DNA of 64,000 nucleotides from Brevundimonas sp. (GTDB lineage: Bacteria > Pseudomonadota > Alphaproteobacteria > Caulobacterales > Caulobacteraceae). This document shows, piece after piece, positions 56,702 to 64,000 of the stretch. How positions within the stretch are numbered: the first letter of the stretch is position 1; each line of letters opens with the position of its first letter. Location: positions 12,994 through 76,993 of the forward strand of contig NZ_DASPNO010000053.1 of assembly GCF_035626535.1 (NCBI RefSeq), written 5' to 3'. The notes under the pieces are model-generated. The model searched no databases. It was not told the origin of the DNA and saw only the letters and a program-made list of their open reading frames with translations. The position numbers and the translations under genes were made by a program.

Positions 56702-57658
56702 TCAGTCCCGGATGGCCGCCTCGATGACGCGGTCGATGCCCGCATTGGTCGCCTGGTCCAGGGTGGCGATCTCGGCATAGAGCTGGTCGTGCTCGCTCGA
56801 GGCCGCCCTGCGGTCGCGGCCGATCCGGTTCAGCTGGTTGAGCAGGGGCATGCTGGACACCGTCCCGCCGCCGTAGCCGTTCGGCCGCCAGCGGCCGCGG
56901 TTGGCGTAAAGCAGGTTCACCTCCTCCTCGCTGAGGGCGACCAGCCGGTCGTGCACCGCCCAGACCTTCTCCATCAGGGCCTTGCGCTTCACCTGGGCCG
57001 TGTCGAAACGGACGAGGACGGCTTCGCGGTCGGCCTCGTCGGCGATGACGTCCGCCAGCGCGGCGCGCGCCTCGGCCTGGCCCTTGTCGTAGTCGCCGCG
57101 AGCGGCGGCCAGCAGGTCCTTGTGCCCGGCGATGGCCTTGCGCGCCTGCTCCAGACCCCCGGAGGAGCGGAGCGCCTCGATGCCGAAGCCCTGGTGCCGG
57201 GCGAGCAGATGCATCCGGCGATAGAAGTCCGTCTCGGAGCGGCGGGCCGCGATCCGCGCATCCGACACCGCCTCCTTGAGCCGCATCTCGTAGCCGGCCC
57301 GATCGGCTTCCATGCCGTTGGCCACGCTCATCGGGGCCGCGCCCAGCGCCGCCGCCAGCATCAGCCAGCCGCTCCACTTCAGGGCGCCGTCACGTCCGGC
57401 CGGCGACAGGAAGACCCCGTTCAGCAGTGCGCCGACCCCGGCGCCGATGGCCAGCGCCGGGATGATGATGTTCGACGCGGTCTTGACCCAGACCACCGCC
57501 CGTCCGCCCGAGGTGCCGTCGCCGAGCAGCACGCCGCTGGCGTAGAGGCTGACCAGCGCGCCACCCGCGACCGCGATGGCCAGGGCGGCGGCGAGGAAGG
57601 GCCAGAGCGGCGCCTTCGACTGCCAGGTGGCGCGGCGCCGGCTGGTGAATTTATCCAT
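56702..57658 (-). CDS. Hypothetical membrane protein with helical C-terminal domain
   Basis: Three N-terminal TM segments from MDKFTSRRR. Confidence 0.7.
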   Translation of the reverse strand: MDKFTSRRRATWQSKAPLWPFLAAALAIAVAGGALVSLYASGVLLGDGTSGGRAVVWVKTASNIIIPALAIGAGVGALLNGVFLSPAGRDGALKWSGWLMLAAALGAAPMSVANGMEADRAGYEMRLKEAVSDARIAARRSETDFYRRMHLLARHQGFGIEALRSSGGLEQARKAIAGHKDLLAAARGDYDKGQAEARAALADVIADEADREAVLVRFDTAQVKRKALMEKVWAVHDRLVALSEEEVNLLYANRGRWRPNGYGGGTVSSMPLLNQLNRIGRDRRAASSEHDQLYAEIATLDQATNAGIDRVIEAAIRD

Positions 57659-57763
57659 GAACGCCCCCCGGCGCGACACGCGAACGATGCCGAACGCTAA
57701 CGCAGAGGTTGCCTGGGGCGCAAGCCGCTGGCGTGGCTGCTCCCTGCGTTCTAGGTCTGCCCG

Positions 57764-58495
57764 ATGGAATTCACCGACGACGCCTTCGTCCTCTCGGCCC
57801 GTGCGCACGGCGACACCGGCGTGGTCGTCGAGCTGCTGACCGAGGGGCACGGCCGGCGCGCCGCCTATGTCGCCGGCGGGGCGTCGCGCAAGATGAAGCC
57901 CTTCCTGCAGCCCGGCGCCCGCGTCGTCGCCGACTATCGCGCCCGGACCTCGGACCATCTCGGTTCGGCGCGTCTGGAGCCGGTGGGGGAGGGGCCCAGC
58001 GCCCTCTTCGACGACCCGCTGGCCCTGACCGGCCTCGCGGCCGCCGCCGCGGTGGCGCAGGGCGCCCTGCCCGAGCGGGAGCCGCATCCTGGCGCCTTTC
58101 ACGCCTTCGAGGCGCTGATGGCCGCCTTCGCCCTTCCCGATGTCTGGCCGGCCATCTTCGTGCGCTTCGAGGCCGGCCTGCTGGAAGATCTCGGCTTCGG
58201 CCTCGACCTGTCGCGCTGCGCCGTCACCGGGACCATGGACGATCTCGTCTGGGTCAGCCCGCGCACCGGCCGCGCCGTCAGCCGGCAGGCGGGCCAGCCC
58301 TATGCCGACAAGCTGCTGGATCTGCCGCCCTTCATGCTCGGCGCCCAGGCCGGACTGGGGGAGGGCGACGTCGGCGCGGGGCTCGGCCTGACGGGTCATT
58401 TCCTCGAGCAGTTCGTCTTCCACCCGCTCGACCGACCGCTGCCGCCCGCGCGGGTGTGGATGATCGACAAGCTGCGCGAGGCGGGGCGGCTTTAG
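57764..58495 (+). CDS. recO: DNA repair protein RecO
   Basis: MEFTDDAFVLSAR, LLEDLGFGLDLSRCA, YVSP-like WVSPRTGRAVS. Confidence 0.95.
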   Translation: MEFTDDAFVLSARAHGDTGVVVELLTEGHGRRAAYVAGGASRKMKPFLQPGARVVADYRARTSDHLGSARLEPVGEGPSALFDDPLALTGLAAAAAVAQGALPEREPHPGAFHAFEALMAAFALPDVWPAIFVRFEAGLLEDLGFGLDLSRCAVTGTMDDLVWVSPRTGRAVSRQAGQPYADKLLDLPPFMLGAQAGLGEGDVGAGLGLTGHFLEQFVFHPLDRPLPPARVWMIDKLREAGRL

Positions 58496-58534
58496 GCGCT
58501 AGACTCCGGGGTTCAGATTGCCGATTCGGACCCC

Positions 58535-60736
<2,202 letters not shown>

Positions 60737-60747
60737 CCACCCCTCAT

Positions 60748-60884
60748 CCGTCATCCTCGGGCTTGACCCGAGGATCAGATTGGCCGGTGCTCGTCGATGG
60801 GCGCTTGCTGACGGATCGCCGGGCCGCCCCCTTCGCACAGCCCCGCTTCGCCTCCGACCCTCGGGTCAAGCCCGAGGGTGACGG
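60748..60884. repeat. Inverted pair of REP-like palindromic elements
   Basis: ccgtcatcctcgggcttgacccgaggatc (60748-60776) and gaccctcgggtcaagcccgagggtgacgg (60856-60884). Confidence 0.85.
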
Positions 60885-60977
60885 CGAGAAGGAGGTTTCA
60901 CCGATTTCACTATCAGCCGCCCGCTATCCGCACCATATTCAAGCGTGGCCGACATCCGGCCGGGATGGGAGATCGAC

Positions 60978-61556
60978 ATGCTCACGACCCTGATCGTCAT
61001 CGGCGTCATCGTCGCCGTGGTGCTGTTCGTCGTCGTCGGCGGCTACAACAAGCTGGTCGCGCTGGATCAGCGGGCGGACCAGTCGTTCGCCGATATCGAC
61101 GTCCAGCTAAAGCAGCGCCAGGACCTGATCCCCAATCTCGTCGAGACGGTGAAGGGCTACGCCACCCACGAGCGCGGCACCCTCGACGCCGTCACCCAGG
61201 CCCGCGCCGCCGCCGCCGGAGCCACCTCGGTCAACGACAAGGTCCAGGCCGAGAACATGCTGACCGCCACCTTGGGTCGACTGTTCGCCGTCGCCGAGGC
61301 CTATCCGGACCTCAAGGCCAACACCAATTTCCAGCAGCTCCAGTCGGAGTTGTCGGACATCGAGAACAAGCTCGCCGCCGCCCGCCGTTTCTTCAACAAC
61401 GCCGTCAGCGAGTTCAACGCCGTGCGCCGCCAGTTCCCGACCGTCCTGTTCGCCGGCATGGTCGGCTTCGGCGCCGACAAGCCATTCTTCGATCTCGGCG
61501 AGGCCGACCGGGCCACGTTGAGCGCGGCGCCGCCGACGGTGAATTTCCAGGCCTGA
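60978..61556 (+). CDS. lemA: LemA-family protein
   Basis: YNKLV, IDVQLKQRQDLIPNLVETVKGY, YPDLKA, ARRFFN. Confidence 0.95.
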   Translation: MLTTLIVIGVIVAVVLFVVVGGYNKLVALDQRADQSFADIDVQLKQRQDLIPNLVETVKGYATHERGTLDAVTQARAAAAGATSVNDKVQAENMLTATLGRLFAVAEAYPDLKANTNFQQLQSELSDIENKLAAARRFFNNAVSEFNAVRRQFPTVLFAGMVGFGADKPFFDLGEADRATLSAAPPTVNFQA

Positions 61557-61559
61557 TCC

Positions 61560-62579
61560 ATGGGCGCCGTCGGGCTCCAGACCCACATCTGGGCGAACAA
61601 CACCCGCTCGATCCTGCTGCTCGTCGCCTTTCCGGTGCTGATGGTCGCCATCCTCTATGGCGTCCAGCTGATCCTGATGGGTCTCGGCTATCTCCCGGGA
61701 ACCGGGCGGGGACTGGGCGACGACATGGCGCTGGCCGCGTCATGGCTGGGCTGGACCGTGCCGACGGCGCTTGTCATCGCCGGCATCTGGTTCGCCATCG
61801 CCTATTTCGGCAACCAGGCCATGATCGACGCCTTTACCGGCGCCCGAAAGGTCGAGCGCCGGACCCAGCCGGAACTCTACAACCTGCTGGAAAACCTCGC
61901 CATCTCTCGCGGCCTGCGCACCCCGACGCTGCGCATCATCGAGACCGACAGCCTCAACGCCTTCGCCACCGGCCTGCATGAGGGCCGTTACAGCGTGACC
62001 GTTACACGGGGGCTGCTGAACACCCTGACCCGCGACGAGCTGGAGGCGGTGCTCGCCCACGAGCTGACCCACGTCATCAACAAGGACGTGCGGACCATGG
62101 TGATCGCCTCGATCTTCGCCGGCATCATCAGCGTCATCGCCGAGCTGGTGTTCCGCGGCCTCGTCTATTCCCGCGGCGGCCGGCGCGACAACAAGAACGC
62201 CATGCCGCTGATCCTGATCGGCCTGGCCTTCGCCGTGATCGGCTTCGTGCTCGCCTTCGTCATCCGCATGATGCTGTCGCGCACCCGCGAGTTCGTCGCC
62301 GACGCCGGCGCGGTCGAGCTGACCAAAAACCCCGACGCGATGATCTCGGCCCTGCGCAAGATCGAGGGCCGGTCGTCGATTAAGGGGCCCGACGAAGTGC
62401 AGCAGTTGTTCCTCGACAACCAGCCCGACGGCGTGGGTTTGGAAGGCCTGTTCGCCAGCCATCCACCCATCCAGAAGCGGATCGACGCGCTGGTGAAGTT
62501 CGGCGGAGGGCGCGATCCGGGTCCCTGGCAGGGGGATGGGCTGTCGGAGTACGAGACCTCGACGCCGGTGACGGGTTAG
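61560..62579 (+). CDS. M48 zinc metallopeptidase (HtpX-like)
   Basis: NAFATG, AHELTH (HExxH), SRTREF.AD, SHP. Confidence 0.92.
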   Translation: MGAVGLQTHIWANNTRSILLLVAFPVLMVAILYGVQLILMGLGYLPGTGRGLGDDMALAASWLGWTVPTALVIAGIWFAIAYFGNQAMIDAFTGARKVERRTQPELYNLLENLAISRGLRTPTLRIIETDSLNAFATGLHEGRYSVTVTRGLLNTLTRDELEAVLAHELTHVINKDVRTMVIASIFAGIISVIAELVFRGLVYSRGGRRDNKNAMPLILIGLAFAVIGFVLAFVIRMMLSRTREFVADAGAVELTKNPDAMISALRKIEGRSSIKGPDEVQQLFLDNQPDGVGLEGLFASHPPIQKRIDALVKFGGGRDPGPWQGDGLSEYETSTPVTG

Positions 62580-63310
62580 GGCAGACGCTCCCAGCCCAGC
62601 CGGGTCAGCTGCTCCAGCGGCCGGAAACCGGCCTTGTAGTCCATCTTCTTCGAGCCCCGGACCCAGTAGCCCAGATAGACGAAGGGCAGCCCTACCATGG
62701 CCGCCTGGCGCACGTGATCGAGGATGGCGAACCGGCCGAGGCTGCGCGCCTCGAGCGCCGGATCGAAGAAGCTGTAGACCATCGACAGCCCGTCGGAGAG
62801 CAGGTCGGTCAGGCACACCCCGACCAGATCGCCGGGCCCGCCGTCGTCGGACGGCCGCCGGTATTCGATCAGATGGGTCCGCACCGCCGTGTCCTCGACC
62901 ATGGCCACATAGTCGAGCCAGCCCATGGTGCTCATGCCGCCGCCGGGGTGCCGGCCGTGCAGATAGCGGCGCAGCAGGTCGAACTGCTCCATGGTCGCCT
63001 CGGCCTCGACCAGGTCCCGGGTCAAATCATCGTTGCGCTTGAGGACCTTGCGCTCGGACCTTGAGAAGCTGAATTCGGGCACCGGCAGCCGGACCGACAC
63101 GCAGGCGTCGCAGCCTTCGCAGGCGGGACGGTAGGCGATGTTCTGGCTGCGCCGGAAGCCGGCCTGGGTCAGTTCGTCGTTGACGTGGGCTCCCTCGCTG
63201 AAGGGCAGGTTGGCGAACACCTTCCGCTCGGTCTGGCCCGGCAGATAGGGGCAGGGGGCCACCGAGGTCATGTAGAAGCGAAGCTGACGCGTGGGTACGA
63301 ACTGGGTCAC
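62576..63310 (-). CDS. Arginyl/aspartate-glutamate leucyltransferase (ATE/Bpt-like)
   Basis: CPYLPG, GFRRSQ..AYRPAC..C, YLGYWV, MDYK. Confidence 0.9.
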   Translation of the reverse strand: MTQFVPTRQLRFYMTSVAPCPYLPGQTERKVFANLPFSEGAHVNDELTQAGFRRSQNIAYRPACEGCDACVSVRLPVPEFSFSRSERKVLKRNDDLTRDLVEAEATMEQFDLLRRYLHGRHPGGGMSTMGWLDYVAMVEDTAVRTHLIEYRRPSDDGGPGDLVGVCLTDLLSDGLSMVYSFFDPALEARSLGRFAILDHVRQAAMVGLPFVYLGYWVRGSKKMDYKAGFRPLEQLTRLGWERLP

Positions 63311-63434
63311 GGGCGACAGCTCCCCACCCAATTCCGACGACAGTTTGGCGCCCGCTTCGGCATCCGCTGATTTGGCGCCGCTCCGGCCTGCGCGGCAAGG
63401 CCCTTCGCCCGACGCCTGAGCGGCGGGCGGGCGG

Positions 63435-64000
63435 TCACAGGCTGGTGTCCGTGGGCAGCACCGGGGCCTCCCGCAGCAGCACGATGGCGATGCGGCGGTT
63501 GCCGGCGAGTGTCGGGTCGTCCGGATAGAGCGGGTCCGAGCCGGCCTTGCCCGACACCTGATAGACGCGGTCGGGATCGACGCCGGCGCTCTGCAGGATC
63601 AGCCGCGAAGCATTGGCGCGCGCCGCCGACAGGGTCCAGTCGTTCGGCCCGGTGGCGCGGTTGGAGCCTGGCGCGGCCGACGTATGGCCGGTCACCGAGA
63701 TGCGATTGGGTAGCTGGTTGATGACCCGCGAGATGGCCCGCAGCAGCAGCTGGGCGCGCGGGTTCGGTCGGGCCGAATTCTGCTCGAACATCGAGCGGCC
63801 CTCCTGGTCGACCAGCTGGATGCGCAGACCTTCCGGGGTCTGGTCGATGATCAGCTGTTTCGACAGCTCCGCCAGTTCCGGCATGGACTGCATGGCCTGG
63901 CGCAGGGATTCCGCGGCCGAGGCGAACTCCGCCGCCTCGCGCCGGGCGATTTCCTCGCGCAGGGCCGCTTCGCTGGCCGCGGCGAGGTTCTGGCTCTGGC
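63435..64000 (-). CDS. motB: Flagellar motor protein MotB, C-terminal part (gene continues beyond the window)
   Basis: EGLRIQL, GHT, NDWTLSAARANA, NRRIAIVLL. Confidence 0.85.
   Translation of the reverse strand, partial: QSQNLAAASEAALREEIARREAAEFASAAESLRQAMQSMPELAELSKQLIIDQTPEGLRIQLVDQEGRSMFEQNSARPNPRAQLLLRAISRVINQLPNRISVTGHTSAAPGSNRATGPNDWTLSAARANASRLILQSAGVDPDRVYQVSGKAGSDPLYPDDPTLAGNRRIAIVLLREAPVLPTDTSL

Overview
High-GC alphaproteobacterial chromosome segment. Gene order and content suggest Caulobacteraceae, possibly Brevundimonas (inference). The left half (<1 to ~32,765) is an integrative island. It carries a two-gene CBASS-like unit (TM effector plus CD-NTase with AGS-C domain), a large serine recombinase, an orphan ParB-like protein behind a long structured leader, a helicase-like ATPase, XRE and RuvC-like genes, a LuxR-TM triad and a coupling-protein-like ATPase with a C-terminal nuclease-like domain. 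It also carries a compact dedicated type II secretion cluster directly beside a Sec-signalled 2229-aa RHS protein, a small YD/Ig partner protein and a putative membrane immunity gene. The right end of the island appears to cut a host GT2 glycosyltransferase gene at an imperfect inverted repeat. The right half is core genome: TetR, Btu-like ABC transporter, Slt, dapA-smpB, UDG, NYN, folK, rpoZ-spoT, pyrE-pdxJ-acpS-lepB-rnc-era, an inserted ArsR/SRPBCC operon, recO-parC, a REP pair, lemA-htpX-like, an arginyltransferase and partial motB. The best candidate for an undescribed system is the T2SS-RHS polymorphic toxin locus, whose four pseudopilins all have a G|Y cleavage site. No databases were searched; domain calls rest on motif recognition.
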